Of a DNA stretch of 64,000 nucleotides, positions 40,018 to 50,558 are shown piece by piece. Location of the stretch: contig OZ244833.1 of assembly GCA_965220535.1 (NCBI GenBank), positions 1,039,440 through 1,103,439 of the forward strand, written 5' to 3'. The notes beneath the pieces were generated by a model that was not told where the DNA came from, did no database searches, and worked only from the letters and a program-made list of their open reading frames with translations. The number at the start of each line of letters is the position of its first letter. The first letter of the stretch is position 1. The translations under genes were made by a program, and so were the position numbers. Source of the stretch: Gammaproteobacteria bacterium (GTDB lineage: Bacteria; Pseudomonadota; Gammaproteobacteria; HK1).

Positions 40018-42390
40018 TCAACTCCGAGCGGCGGCGACCGCCTCTTGGTAGAGGTCGCCGAAACCGCTCTTCGCCGCCAGTTCGAAAGGGGTCCGTCCTT
40101 CGCGATCCGTTGCGTTCGGAGATGCCCCGGCCTCGATCAGGGCCTTGATCACGCCCCGGCGCCCGTTTTGGGCGGCGAGGTGCAAGGGCACCCACCCGTA
40201 ACTCTCTTCCTTCGCATTCGGGTCGGCACCGGCCTTGGTCAGCGCATCGACCGCGTAGGCATGTCCATTCTGCGTGGCGGAGTGCATGGGTGTCCACCCG
40301 TTATCCAATGTCGCGTTCGGGTCGGCACCGGCCTCGATCAGCGCATCGACCGCATAGGTGTGTCCATTCTGTGCCGCGGAGTGCAAGGGTGTCCGCCCGT
40401 TATCCAGTATCGCGTTCGGGTCGGCACCGGCCTTGATTAGCGCATTGACTGTATCGGTATGTCCATTCACCGCAGCGGAGTGCAAGGGTGTCCGCCCGTT
40501 ATCCAGTGTCGCGCTCGGATCGGCACCGGCATCGATCAGTGTCTTGATCGCATCGGCGTATCCATTATCTGCGGCGAGGTGCAATGGCATCCGCCCCCTG
40601 CTGTCCTTCACGTTCGGGTCGACGCCGGCCTTGACCAACCACTTGAGCACGTCGGCGCGGCCGTTTTTTGCGGTGAGCGCATTGTCATAGCCTTCATACC
40701 TTTTATGAACGGCGGTGTGCAACGGTGTCCATCCATTACCCAGTGTCGCGTTCAGATCGGCGCCGGCCTCGACCAGTGCATTGGCCACGTCGGGGTGTCC
40801 GTTCCGCGCCGCGAGGAGCAAGGGAGTCCATCTGTCCACCTCCCTCGCGTTCGGATCGGCACCTGCCTTAATTAGCGGATCGATCACGCCGATACGCCCG
40901 TTCTGGGCGGCGATGTGCAAGGGTGCCCACTTGCGATCGTTCTTCGCGTTGGGATCGGCACCTACCCTCAACAGTACCTTGACCGTGTCGGTGTATCCGC
41001 TCTCGGCGGCGAAGAGCAAGGGCGTCCACCCGTCATCCTCCTTCGCATTCGGATCGGCACCTGAACTGACCAGCGCATCGATCACTTCTATATGCCGGTT
41101 ATATGCAGCAAGATGCATGGGTGCCCACTCGTCATTTTTCTTCGCGTTCGGATCGGCACCGGCATTGACCAGCACATCGACCATATCGAAGCGCCCGTAC
41201 CGTGCGGCGAGATGCAAGGGCGTCCACTCGTTATCTTCCTTCGCGTTCGGATCGGCGCCGGCCTTGAGCAGCGCACCGACCGTACCGATATGCCCGTTCT
41301 GTGCGGCGAGATGCAAGGGCGTCTGCTCCCTAAGATCCCTCGCGTTCAAGTCGGCACCTGATTTGGCCAGCATCTTGACCGCATCGACGTATCCATTTTC
41401 TGCGGCGAGGAGCAAGGGCGTCCGCCATATGATGTCCTTCGCACCCAGGTCAACGCCGGCTTTGATCAGTAACTCGACCACGTCGATGTGCAAGTGCTCT
41501 ATGGCGATGTGCAAGGGCACCAAATCCCCATGGTTCTTTATGTTCAGGTCAGCACCGGCATTTATCAGCACGTCGACCACATCGTCATGCCCTTCCTGCG
41601 CGGCGATGTGCAAGGGTGTCCACTTGCGATCGTCCTTCGCGTTCGGATCGGCACCTACCCTCAACAGTGCCTTGACCGTGTCGGCGTGTCCGCTCTCCGC
41701 GGCGAGGAGCAAGGGCGTCCACCCATCATCTTCCTTCGCATTCGGGTCAGCACCGGCCTCGATCAGCGCATCGACCATATTGGAGTGCCCGTTCCGAACG
41801 GCGAGGTGCAAGGGCGTCCACTCATCTTCTTCCTTCGCATTCGGGTCGGCACCGGACTTGACCAGCGCATCGACAGTATCGATGTGCCCGTACCGAGCGG
41901 CGAGGTGCAAGGGCGTCCACTCATCGTCTTCCTTCGCATTCGAGTCGGCGCCCGCCTTGACCAGCGCATCGACCATATTGGAGTGCCCGTACCGAGCGGC
42001 GAGGTGCAAGGGCGTCCATTCGTCCTCTTCCTTCGCGCTCGGATCGGCACCGGCCTTGAGCAGCGCAGCGACCGCGTCAGGGTGTCCGTTCCGCGCGGCG
42101 AAGTGCAAGGGCGTCCACTCGTTATCTTCTTTCGCGTTCGGATCGGCGCCGGCATCGACCAGCGCATCGACCGCGTCGGGGTGCCCGTTCTTTGCGGCGA
42201 GATGCAAAGGCGTCATCCCGAAAATCTTCTTGGCGTTCGGGTCGGCACCCTCGGCGATCAGCCTTTCGATCGCATCCGTATCGCCTTTCGAAGCGGCTCG
42301 ATGCAAATCGAGAGGGAGGGCGGATAGCGCAAACGCGCCCCCTGCGAAGGCGGCGAGAAAAATCGCGGCGACGGTCTTGGGTATCGTCAT
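40018..42390 (-). CDS. Secreted ankyrin-repeat protein (about 22-23 repeats)
   Basis: Signal peptide (TVAAIFLAAFAGGAFA) followed by 33-aa repeats of the type WTPLHLAARNGHxDAVDALxKAGADPNAKEDDE, counted by hand. Confidence 0.95.
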   Translation of the reverse strand: MTIPKTVAAIFLAAFAGGAFALSALPLDLHRAASKGDTDAIERLIAEGADPNAKKIFGMTPLHLAAKNGHPDAVDALVDAGADPNAKEDNEWTPLHFAARNGHPDAVAALLKAGADPSAKEEDEWTPLHLAARYGHSNMVDALVKAGADSNAKEDDEWTPLHLAARYGHIDTVDALVKSGADPNAKEEDEWTPLHLAVRNGHSNMVDALIEAGADPNAKEDDGWTPLLLAAESGHADTVKALLRVGADPNAKDDRKWTPLHIAAQEGHDDVVDVLINAGADLNIKNHGDLVPLHIAIEHLHIDVVELLIKAGVDLGAKDIIWRTPLLLAAENGYVDAVKMLAKSGADLNARDLREQTPLHLAAQNGHIGTVGALLKAGADPNAKEDNEWTPLHLAARYGRFDMVDVLVNAGADPNAKKNDEWAPMHLAAYNRHIEVIDALVSSGADPNAKEDDGWTPLLFAAESGYTDTVKVLLRVGADPNAKNDRKWAPLHIAAQNGRIGVIDPLIKAGADPNAREVDRWTPLLLAARNGHPDVANALVEAGADLNATLGNGWTPLHTAVHKRYEGYDNALTAKNGRADVLKWLVKAGVDPNVKDSRGRMPLHLAADNGYADAIKTLIDAGADPSATLDNGRTPLHSAAVNGHTDTVNALIKAGADPNAILDNGRTPLHSAAQNGHTYAVDALIEAGADPNATLDNGWTPMHSATQNGHAYAVDALTKAGADPNAKEESYGWVPLHLAAQNGRRGVIKALIEAGASPNATDREGRTPFELAAKSGFGDLYQEAVAAARS

Positions 42391-42859
42391 CGGCTTCCTT
42401 GATAATGGGCTATGGAGAAGTTCGTAAACGGTGCGCGAGGCCATCCACCGTCTCGTCGGTGTGAATGCCGGTCATCGAGTCGCATTCCGAACCGAAACGC
42501 ACTCGCCCGAGTCAGCCGCGGACCAAGACAATGATATCGAATATCGCTCGCCCTTTATCATCGCCGCGAAAACGGGCTTCGATTCTTTCGATCCGACCTT
42601 TGACGGGGTCTCGTTTCTCGGGATTTTTTTCGATTCCTCCGCATCGTCGATTTTTCATGATCGAAGGCCGGGCCTTGTAGGCGGATACTTATTAGGCGGA
42701 TAAGGGCAAAATCCTACGATCAAAGTCGGATCGTCATCGCCGTCATGGGGATCTCGGTCAGATTCTAAGAAGACGCTCCGAAGAGGAGGCTCCGATCATG
42801 AAATCTCTCCTTCGATCGATGGATCGATATCGAAAAACCCGACATCCGGAGATCGAATC

Positions 42860-44563
42860 ATGCCCTCCCCGACGACGACTCCCGAGGCCGAGGCGATGAA
42901 AACCGGGGTGGTGATCTGCGGCCACGGGAGTCGCAAGGAAGCGGCGGCGCAAGGCTTTCGCCGGCTGATCGAAGGGCTAAAGGCCAAGCAGCCGCAGATC
43001 GATATCGAATGCGGCTTCATGAGTCTCGCCGAGCCCGATATCCCGACCGCGATCGCCCGCCTGCGCGCTCGGGGCAATCGACGGGTGCTGGCGATACCGG
43101 GGCTGATCTTCGAAGGCGACCATGCCGCGAAGGATATTCCGGCGGCGTTGGAGAGTTGCCGGGAGAGCAAGGCCATATCGGAGATTCGTTACGGGCGGAC
43201 TTTGGGCTTCGAAGGGGGGATGCTCGACGCCGCCGCCGAGCGTATCTTCGATGCGATCCGTCGCCGCCCCCTTGACATCCCGCTTTCCGAAACGCTGCTG
43301 ATCGTTGCCGGCGGCGGGGCTTCGAACGAGCGCGCCAATGCCGGCATCGCCGACGCCACCCGTCGTCTGTGGCAGCGTTCGAGCCCGGGCTGGGCGATGA
43401 CCGCTTATTTAGGGGGGAGCCCTCCCACAATCGAATCCGCCTTGGAACATGCGGTGCGGCTCGGCTATCCGCGGATCGTGATCTCGCCTTGTTTTCTCTT
43501 CCCCGGGCTCCTGTGCGAAAAGATCTTCTCGCTCTGCGATGCCTTCGCCCGAAAATATCAGGGGATCGAGTTCATCAAGGCCGGTTGCCTCGAGGACCAC
43601 CCGGGGGTCATCGAAACCCTGATCGAGCGCATCCGGGAGATCGACGAGGGGAACGAGGCGAACGAAGCGAACGGGAGATCGACGGCATCGCCCCCGAAGG
43701 CCTCGGCGCCTTCGAGCCTCGTGCCCGATGACCCGTCCCTCGCAGCCGAGGCCGAAGCGCTTCGAGCCGACGAGACTCGTCCGAAGGCCCCGGGGGTGGG
43801 CGAGGTCTGCCTCGTCGGGGCCGGACCGGGCGATCCCGACCTGCTCAGCGTGCGGGCGATGCGCCTGATCCGAGACGCCGACGCCATCGTCTACGACCGA
43901 CTCGTCTCTTCGGAGATCCTCGCCTTGGCCCGCCCCGATGCGCAGATGATCTACGCGGGCAAAAAGCGCGCGGATCATGCTTTGCCGCAGCCGGATATCA
44001 ATCGCCTGCTGGTGCGGCTGGCCCGCGAGGGGAAGCGAACGCTGCGCCTCAAAGGCGGCGACCCCTTCATCTTCGGTCGCGGCGGCGAGGAGATCGCGAC
44101 CCTTGCCGACGAACGCATCCCCTTCCAAGTGGTACCGGGGATCACCGCCGCTTCGGGTTGCGCGGCCTACGCCGGAATCCCGCTGACTCATCGGGACCAC
44201 GCCCATGCCTGCCTCTTCGTCACCGGCAATCGCAAGAGCGAAGAGGTGGACCTCGACTGGGAAGCGCTGGCGCGACCGATGCAAACGGTGGTGGTTTATA
44301 TGGGCTTGGTCAGCCTGCCGATCATCTGCGCCCGACTGATCGAATACGGGCTCGCCGAACGCACCCCCGCGGCCCTCGTGCAACGAGGGACCACCGCCGC
44401 CCAACGGGTGCTGACGGGAACGGTGCGCTCCTTGCCCGATATCGTCGAACGCGAACGCCCCCGCCCGCCCACTTTGCTCATCATCGGTCATGTCGTCAGG
44501 CTACGCGACTCCCTCGCATGGTTCGAGCCCTTCGACAAAGCCGTCGAGGAAAGCGAGGGCTGA
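42860..44563 (+). CDS. Fusion of a CbiX/SirB-type chelatase with uroporphyrinogen-III C-methyltransferase (CobA/CysG-A)
   Basis: N-terminal [23 protein letters not shown] and PCFLFPG. C-terminal [35 protein letters not shown] and PLTHRD. Confidence 0.9.
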   Translation: MPSPTTTPEAEAMKTGVVICGHGSRKEAAAQGFRRLIEGLKAKQPQIDIECGFMSLAEPDIPTAIARLRARGNRRVLAIPGLIFEGDHAAKDIPAALESCRESKAISEIRYGRTLGFEGGMLDAAAERIFDAIRRRPLDIPLSETLLIVAGGGASNERANAGIADATRRLWQRSSPGWAMTAYLGGSPPTIESALEHAVRLGYPRIVISPCFLFPGLLCEKIFSLCDAFARKYQGIEFIKAGCLEDHPGVIETLIERIREIDEGNEANEANGRSTASPPKASAPSSLVPDDPSLAAEAEALRADETRPKAPGVGEVCLVGAGPGDPDLLSVRAMRLIRDADAIVYDRLVSSEILALARPDAQMIYAGKKRADHALPQPDINRLLVRLAREGKRTLRLKGGDPFIFGRGGEEIATLADERIPFQVVPGITAASGCAAYAGIPLTHRDHAHACLFVTGNRKSEEVDLDWEALARPMQTVVVYMGLVSLPIICARLIEYGLAERTPAALVQRGTTAAQRVLTGTVRSLPDIVERERPRPPTLLIIGHVVRLRDSLAWFEPFDKAVEESEG

Positions 44564-44880
44564 GGATGGAGGGATATACTATTTGCCGACACTTTTCATG
44601 ATGCCCGCGAAGTCGCCGCCTCGGTCTTTTATAAAGAACGGTCTCTCGGCAGGCTCTTTTCGGCAGACCCTTTTCGGCAGACCCTTGCCATCGTCGAGCG
44701 CAAGCATCTCGAGCGCAAGCATCGCGGCGGCCAAGGCGAGGGGAAATGACGAGAGCCTCTTGGAGGAGAACTCGCCACCCGAGCCGAAAGCCGGCCTCGT
44801 CCACCGAGGAATTCCTGTCGCTGCCGCGCTCGATCCCTCGCGATCGAGTCCTTCGAAACAATCCTATCGAGGAAAGGTCA

Positions 44881-45336
44881 ATGGCCACTTTCACCCTCAA
44901 CGACCGAGCGGTCGATATCGATATCGACGGCACCACCCCCCTGCTTTGGGTATTGCGCGATTCCTTGGGGCTAAGCGGCACCAAATTCGGCTGCGGAGTG
45001 GCTCAGTGCGGAGCGTGCACCGTGCACTTGGACGGCCAAGCCATCCGCAGTTGCATCACCCCGGTGGCGGCGATCGAGGGGCGATCGATCACCACCATCG
45101 AAACCGTCGGCGAGGGAAGGGTCGGGGCCGCGGTGCAGCAAGCGTGGATCGAAAATGACGTTCCCCAATGCGGCTATTGCCAAAGCGGACAGATCATGAG
45201 CGCGGTCGCCCTGCTGGCGGGAAACACCGCCCCCGACGATAACGATATCGATAGCGCGATGGCGGGGAATATCTGCCGCTGCGGAACCTACGCGCGCATC
45301 CGTGCCGCCATCAAATCGGCGGCCCGTCGACTGTGA
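44881..45336 (+). CDS. [2Fe-2S] subunit of an isoquinoline 1-oxidoreductase-like molybdoenzyme (IorA)
   Basis: [27 protein letters not shown] and NICRCGTY. Confidence 0.93.
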   Translation: MATFTLNDRAVDIDIDGTTPLLWVLRDSLGLSGTKFGCGVAQCGACTVHLDGQAIRSCITPVAAIEGRSITTIETVGEGRVGAAVQQAWIENDVPQCGYCQSGQIMSAVALLAGNTAPDDNDIDSAMAGNICRCGTYARIRAAIKSAARRL

Positions 45337-45421
45337 TATTAGGCACCCGTCGATCCGCCGTCTTCGCGCTCGGACGCGCACTCGAACGCATCCTCGAAAC
45401 ACCTCTTATAAGGTGATTGCC

Positions 45422-47674
45422 ATGAAATTCATTCCATCCTCGGGCTCTTCGGGCCTTGCGCCGCCGGCCGCCTCGACCGCCGGCGACGATCCCGAACAGA
45501 TCAGTCGGCGCTCTTTCATCAAACGAAGCGGGGCCTTGGGCCTTGCCATCGGTTTTGCCCCCGCAGGCTTCGCTCACGCCTCCGGCCCCCAGCAAGAGGC
45601 GAGCGCGAACTTGACGCCCGGTCAACAGCCCGGGGCCTTCGTGCATATCGCCCCCGACGGCAAAGTGACCTTGCAGATCAACCGCTTGGAATTCGGGCAA
45701 GGAGTCCATACCGGCCTTTCCCGCGCGCTGGCCGAAGAGTTGGATGCCGATTGGGCTTCGGTATCCGCCGAACTCGCCCCCGCCGCCGACGCCTACAAAG
45801 ACCCCGTTATCGGATTCCAAACGACCGGCGGTTCGAGCTCCATCCCCAACAGTTTCACCCAGTACCGCGAACTCGGTGCCCGCGCTCGTGCGATGCTGAT
45901 CGAAGCCGCCGCCCGCGAATGGGGAACGAGCCATGAAGCCATCACCACCTCCGAAGGTCGTCTTTACGGACCCGATGGACAAAGCGCGGGCTACGGCGAT
46001 TTCAGCGAAGCCGCCGCAGCCTTGCCGATACCGGAAAAGGTCGCTTTGAAAGACCCCGCCGATTTCCGCCTGATCGGGAAATCGATCGACCGCATGGACA
46101 CCGCCGACAAATCCACCGGGAATCAGACCTTCGGCATCGATATCCGCCTGCCGGGGATGAAGACGGTTCTGATCGCCCGCCCGCCTTGGTTTTCCGGCAA
46201 GGCGAGCGCGATCGACGACAGCGCCGCCCTCGCCCTCGACGGAGTGGAGATGGTGATTCCGGTCGATCTCCCTCGCGGCGCTACCGGCGCGGCGGTGGTG
46301 GCCGATGCCTTCTGGCCCGCCTTGAAGGGTCGCGAATCGCTGAAGATCGAATGGCAGCCGCCCGCCGGGGAGTTGCCGGACAGCGAGAGGATCGATGCCG
46401 AGTTTCGAGATCTCCTGAGCCGCAAGGGTCTGACGGCGCGCACCGCCGATCCTGCGGATCTTTCCAAAGCATCGAAGACCATCACCGCCGATTTCCGCTT
46501 TCCCTTCCTCGCCCATGCCCCGATGGAGCCCTTGAACGCGGTGATCGAGGTCAGCGGCAGCGGCGCCGACACCCGCTACGATATCCGAGCGGGCTCGCAG
46601 TTCCCGACCCTCGACCACACCACCCTCGCCGCCGTCTTGGGGGTGAAGCCGGAAATGGTGACCCTCCACAACCTATTCGCCGGCGGCTCTTTCGGGCGCC
46701 GAGCGAACCTCGATGCCGATTACCTCGCCGAGGCCGCGCAGGTGATGAAAGGGTGGGTCGCCGCCGGGAGACGCGAGCCCCTCAAGGTGGTCTGGACCCG
46801 CGAAGACGATATCCGCGGCGGCTACTACCGGCCCTTCAATATGCACCGGGCCGAAATCGCCCTCGACGACAAGGGCGATATCCTCGCTTGGGAGCACGTC
46901 CTCGTCGGTCATTCGCTGCTCAAGGGCACCCCCTTCGAATCCTTCTTCGTCAAAGACGGAGTGGATTCGAGCACCACCGGCGGCATCGTCGATACCGCTT
47001 ACGATCTGCCGCTGGCGTTGAGCGTGCACCATCCGCAAACCGCGGTGCCGGTGCTTTGGTGGCGCTCGGTCGAGCATACCCATACCGCCTTCGTGATGGA
47101 GACCCTGATCGACGAGGTCGCCCGCGCCGGGGGTCGCGATCCGGTCGAACTGCGACGCGCCTTGCTCGCCGAACACCCGCGGCATTTGGCGACGCTGGAT
47201 CTGGCGGTCGAAAAATCCGGCTACGGAACGAAGACCCTGCCGGCGGGGCATGCCTTCGGGGTCGCGATACACGAATCCTTCGGCTCCGTCGTCGCCCACG
47301 TCGCCGATGTTTCGATCGAGGGGGATCGCCCGCGGGTTCACCACATCACCAGCGCCATCCACTGCAATCTCGCGGTCAATCCGCGCTCGGTCATCGCCCA
47401 AGTGGAGGGCTCGGTGCTGATGGCGATCGGCACCACCTTGGAGGGCTCGGAGATCACCTTGCGCGAAGGGCGGGTGGAGCAGAGCAACTTCAACGACTAT
47501 ATCGTGGCCCGGATGCCGGATATGCCGTCGATCGACGTGCATATCGTTCCTTCGAACGATCCGCCCACCGGTGTCGGAGAACCCGGTTTGCCGCCGGCGG
47601 CACCGGCGATCACCAACGCGATCTTCGCCTTGACCGGCACCCCGGTGCGCGAACTGCCGATCCGCGCGGTATGA
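45422..47674 (+). CDS. Molybdopterin-binding subunit, IorB / aldehyde oxidoreductase family, with Tat signal
   Basis: SRRSFIK twin-arginine motif, EFGQGVHT, TGGSSS, HAPMEPLNA, WTREDD, WWRSVEH and GVGEPGLPP. Confidence 0.92.
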   Translation: MKFIPSSGSSGLAPPAASTAGDDPEQISRRSFIKRSGALGLAIGFAPAGFAHASGPQQEASANLTPGQQPGAFVHIAPDGKVTLQINRLEFGQGVHTGLSRALAEELDADWASVSAELAPAADAYKDPVIGFQTTGGSSSIPNSFTQYRELGARARAMLIEAAAREWGTSHEAITTSEGRLYGPDGQSAGYGDFSEAAAALPIPEKVALKDPADFRLIGKSIDRMDTADKSTGNQTFGIDIRLPGMKTVLIARPPWFSGKASAIDDSAALALDGVEMVIPVDLPRGATGAAVVADAFWPALKGRESLKIEWQPPAGELPDSERIDAEFRDLLSRKGLTARTADPADLSKASKTITADFRFPFLAHAPMEPLNAVIEVSGSGADTRYDIRAGSQFPTLDHTTLAAVLGVKPEMVTLHNLFAGGSFGRRANLDADYLAEAAQVMKGWVAAGRREPLKVVWTREDDIRGGYYRPFNMHRAEIALDDKGDILAWEHVLVGHSLLKGTPFESFFVKDGVDSSTTGGIVDTAYDLPLALSVHHPQTAVPVLWWRSVEHTHTAFVMETLIDEVARAGGRDPVELRRALLAEHPRHLATLDLAVEKSGYGTKTLPAGHAFGVAIHESFGSVVAHVADVSIEGDRPRVHHITSAIHCNLAVNPRSVIAQVEGSVLMAIGTTLEGSEITLREGRVEQSNFNDYIVARMPDMPSIDVHIVPSNDPPTGVGEPGLPPAAPAITNAIFALTGTPVRELPIRAV

Positions 47675-47805
47675 ATATGTGATCGGTCAATCGATCGCTT
47701 CGCCCTCGCGCCTCTTCCCCTTGCGGGCGAGCGCGAAAACGCAAGAGGGGCGGCGATCACGACGAAGTGCAATCGTTTCCATTCATCGATAAAAAGGACA
47801 ACGCC

Positions 47806-48288
47806 ATGGCTATCGAAGCAGGAAGCCGGATCCCCGAGGGAAGCCTCGGCCGCATGACCTCCGATGGACCGAGTCAGGTTTCGACTCAAGAGATTTTCGA
47901 GGGGCGCAAAGTCGTCGTCTTTGCGGTACCGGGGGCTTTCACGCCCTCGTGTTCCGCCAGCCATCTACCGGGATTCGTCGCCAACGCCGACAAGATCAAG
48001 GCGAAGGGGGTCGACGAGATCGTCTGCATCTCGGTCAACGATCCCTTCGTGATGGATGCTTGGGGAAAACAGCAAAACGCCGAGGAGATCGCCATGCTGG
48101 CCGACGGCAGCGGCAACTTCACCCGGGCGGCGGGGATGGAACTCGACCTTAGGGAAAGAGGGCTCGGCATTCGCTCCAAGCGCTATGCGATGGTGGTCGA
48201 GAACGGCACCGTCTCCCACCTGATGGTCGAGGACGAGCCGCCCAAAGTCGAAAAATCAAGCGCGGAATCGGTGCTCGCGGTGCTTTGA
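47806..48288 (+). CDS. Peroxiredoxin (Prx5/AHP1 type)
   Basis: VPGAFTPSCSASHLPG, SVNDPFVMDAW and RSKRYAMVV. Confidence 0.93.
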   Translation: MAIEAGSRIPEGSLGRMTSDGPSQVSTQEIFEGRKVVVFAVPGAFTPSCSASHLPGFVANADKIKAKGVDEIVCISVNDPFVMDAWGKQQNAEEIAMLADGSGNFTRAAGMELDLRERGLGIRSKRYAMVVENGTVSHLMVEDEPPKVEKSSAESVLAVL

Positions 48289-48472
48289 GGAAGGGCCGGT
48301 TTTTCAAAAGCGGGCGCTACGCAAAACGCCCGCTTCGATTCATCGGGCATTCATCGGCGTTCATCGGGCGAGCCGCCCCTCGATCACGCGGCTTGTCCGA
48401 TCTCGCGAAAAACCCGAAGGGGCCACGGGGAAGGATCAAGCCCCGAAAGCCCCTTCGGCTCGATTCGCGATC

Positions 48473-49411
48473 TCAAGACGAAACCAGTTTTTCGTCGAGT
48501 TCGGGGACCGCTTCGAAGAGATCCGCCACCAAGCCGTAATCCGCGACCTGGAAGATCGGAGCCTCCTCGTCTTTGTTGATGGCCACGATCACCTTGCTCT
48601 CCTTCATCCCCGCCAGATGCTGTATCGCCCCGGAAATTCCGACCGCGATATAGAGATCCGGCGCGACCACTTTGCCCGTCTGCCCGACTTGGTAATGGTT
48701 GGGGACGAAACCGGCATCGACCGCGGCTCGCGAGGCCCCGACGGCGGCGCCGAGTTTGTCGGCAACCCCCTCGAGCATCGAGAAGTTCTCCCCGCTTTGC
48801 ATCCCTCGCCCGCCGGAGACGACGATCCGCGCGGCGGTGAGATCCGGCCGCTCCGAACGCGCGAGGTCTTGGCCGACGAAAGAGGAAAGACCGCTGCCGG
48901 CCGCGGCATCGATCTTCTCCACCGACGCCTCTCCGCCCTGCTCGGCAACGGCATCGAAGGCGGTGGTGCGCACCGAAAGCATCTTGATCGAGTCCACGGA
49001 CTGCACGGTGGCAATCGCATTTCCCGCGTAGATGGGACGCACGAAGGTATCGGCGGATTCGATGCCGCTGATATCCGAGATCGGGGAGATATCGAGCAAT
49101 GCCGCCGCCCGCGGCAATATATTCTTGCCCGCCTTGGTCGCCGGAATCAGCACATGCGAATAATCGCCGGCGATTCGCGCGATCAGACCGGCGATATCCT
49201 CCGCCAACTGATGGGCGAAGGCGGCATCGTCGGTAAGCCGTACCCGGCTCACCCCCTCGACCTTGGCCGCGGCTTCGGCCACCCGATCGCAATCCGCCCC
49301 CGCCACCAAGAGATGAATATCGTCGCCGAGTCGGCGGGCCGCGGCCACCGTATGCAATGTGGCGGCGGCCAAAGCGCGATTGTCGTGCTCCGCAATGACA
49401 AGAATGCTCAT
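48473..49411 (-). CDS. etfA: Electron transfer flavoprotein alpha subunit
   Basis: [31 protein letters not shown] and [17 protein letters not shown]. Confidence 0.96.
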   Translation of the reverse strand: MSILVIAEHDNRALAAATLHTVAAARRLGDDIHLLVAGADCDRVAEAAAKVEGVSRVRLTDDAAFAHQLAEDIAGLIARIAGDYSHVLIPATKAGKNILPRAAALLDISPISDISGIESADTFVRPIYAGNAIATVQSVDSIKMLSVRTTAFDAVAEQGGEASVEKIDAAAGSGLSSFVGQDLARSERPDLTAARIVVSGGRGMQSGENFSMLEGVADKLGAAVGASRAAVDAGFVPNHYQVGQTGKVVAPDLYIAVGISGAIQHLAGMKESKVIVAINKDEEAPIFQVADYGLVADLFEAVPELDEKLVSS

Positions 49412-50161
49412 CTAGATCACCTTCGCCTCGTTCTTGAGTTTCTCGACCAGTTCGGCCACATCCGCCACCCGCACTCCGGCTTCGCGCTTCGGCGGCTCGC
49501 AAACGCTCACGGTTTTCACCCGTGGCGTGATATCGACCCCGAGTTCCTCCGGTGTCGTCGTCTCGATCGGCTTCTTCTTGGCCTTCATGATATTGGGCAG
49601 CGAGGCGAAACGAGGTTCGTTGAGGCGAAGGTCGGTGGTGATGACCGCGGGCATCGAGAGTTTCAAAGTCTCCAGCCCGCCGTCGATCTCGCGGGTCAGG
49701 TTCATCGATTCCCCTTCGATATCGATCCGATAGGCGAAGGTCCCTTGGGGCCAACCGAGCAGCGCCGCAAGCATCTGCCCCGTCTGGGTGTTATCGCCGT
49801 CGATCGACTGTTTGCCGACGATCACCAATCCCGGTCCTTCGCGCTCCACGATCACCTTCATCATCTTGGCGATCGCCAGCGGCTCGAGCGGAGCGTCGCT
49901 TTCGACCAATATCCCGCGATCCGCACCCATCGCCAAAGCGGTACGAATCGTCTCTTGGCATTGCGCCACCCCCAAGGAAAGCGCGATCACCTCGCTCGCC
50001 TTCCCCGCCTCTTTGAGCCGAAGCGCCTCTTCGACCGCGATTTCATCGAAGGGATTCATCGACATCTTCACGTTCGCAAGTTCGACACCGCTTCGATCCG
50101 CTTTGACGCGGATCTTGACGTTGTAGTCGATCACCCGCTTGACCGCGACCAAGATCTTCAT
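49412..50161 (-). CDS. etfB: Electron transfer flavoprotein beta subunit
   Basis: [34 protein letters not shown] and [17 protein letters not shown]. Confidence 0.96.
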   Translation of the reverse strand: MKILVAVKRVIDYNVKIRVKADRSGVELANVKMSMNPFDEIAVEEALRLKEAGKASEVIALSLGVAQCQETIRTALAMGADRGILVESDAPLEPLAIAKMMKVIVEREGPGLVIVGKQSIDGDNTQTGQMLAALLGWPQGTFAYRIDIEGESMNLTREIDGGLETLKLSMPAVITTDLRLNEPRFASLPNIMKAKKKPIETTTPEELGVDITPRVKTVSVCEPPKREAGVRVADVAELVEKLKNEAKVI

Positions 50162-50558
50162 TGCATCCACCACCTCATGGTTTTCGAAAAAAAACGGCCT
50201 CGCGCCGACGACACCCCCCAAGACCGGCATAGCGCCGGCGACGATACGCTGCGACGATGCGACGCTGCGACGCTGCCGCTATTGTCGCAAAAGAGCCGAA
50301 AGCCGGGCACAAAGTTGGGCACCCCGAAAACGCCCCGGCAAAAGCCCTCAAGCGTCCTTCATCCCCGGCCAAGGATCGGATCGACGCCATCCAATCCCCC
50401 CAATTCTAACAAGGGCAAAGCACTCGCTTTATAAAAAGAAGAAGGCCTTGAGCAAAGTGCCGGCCGGGGCGGCGAGCGACTATCATAAACATCGTCGAGA
50501 TCCGAAAGCCGAATATTCACGAGTGTCTCGAATAACCCTAGGGCGGCCCCTTAGAAAA

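Noticed and set aside
40045-42427. Plus-strand repetitive ORFs (for example the 570-aa 40715..42427)
   Set aside because: They are antisense products of the ankyrin repeats, with Cys/Ser-rich nonsense periodicity.
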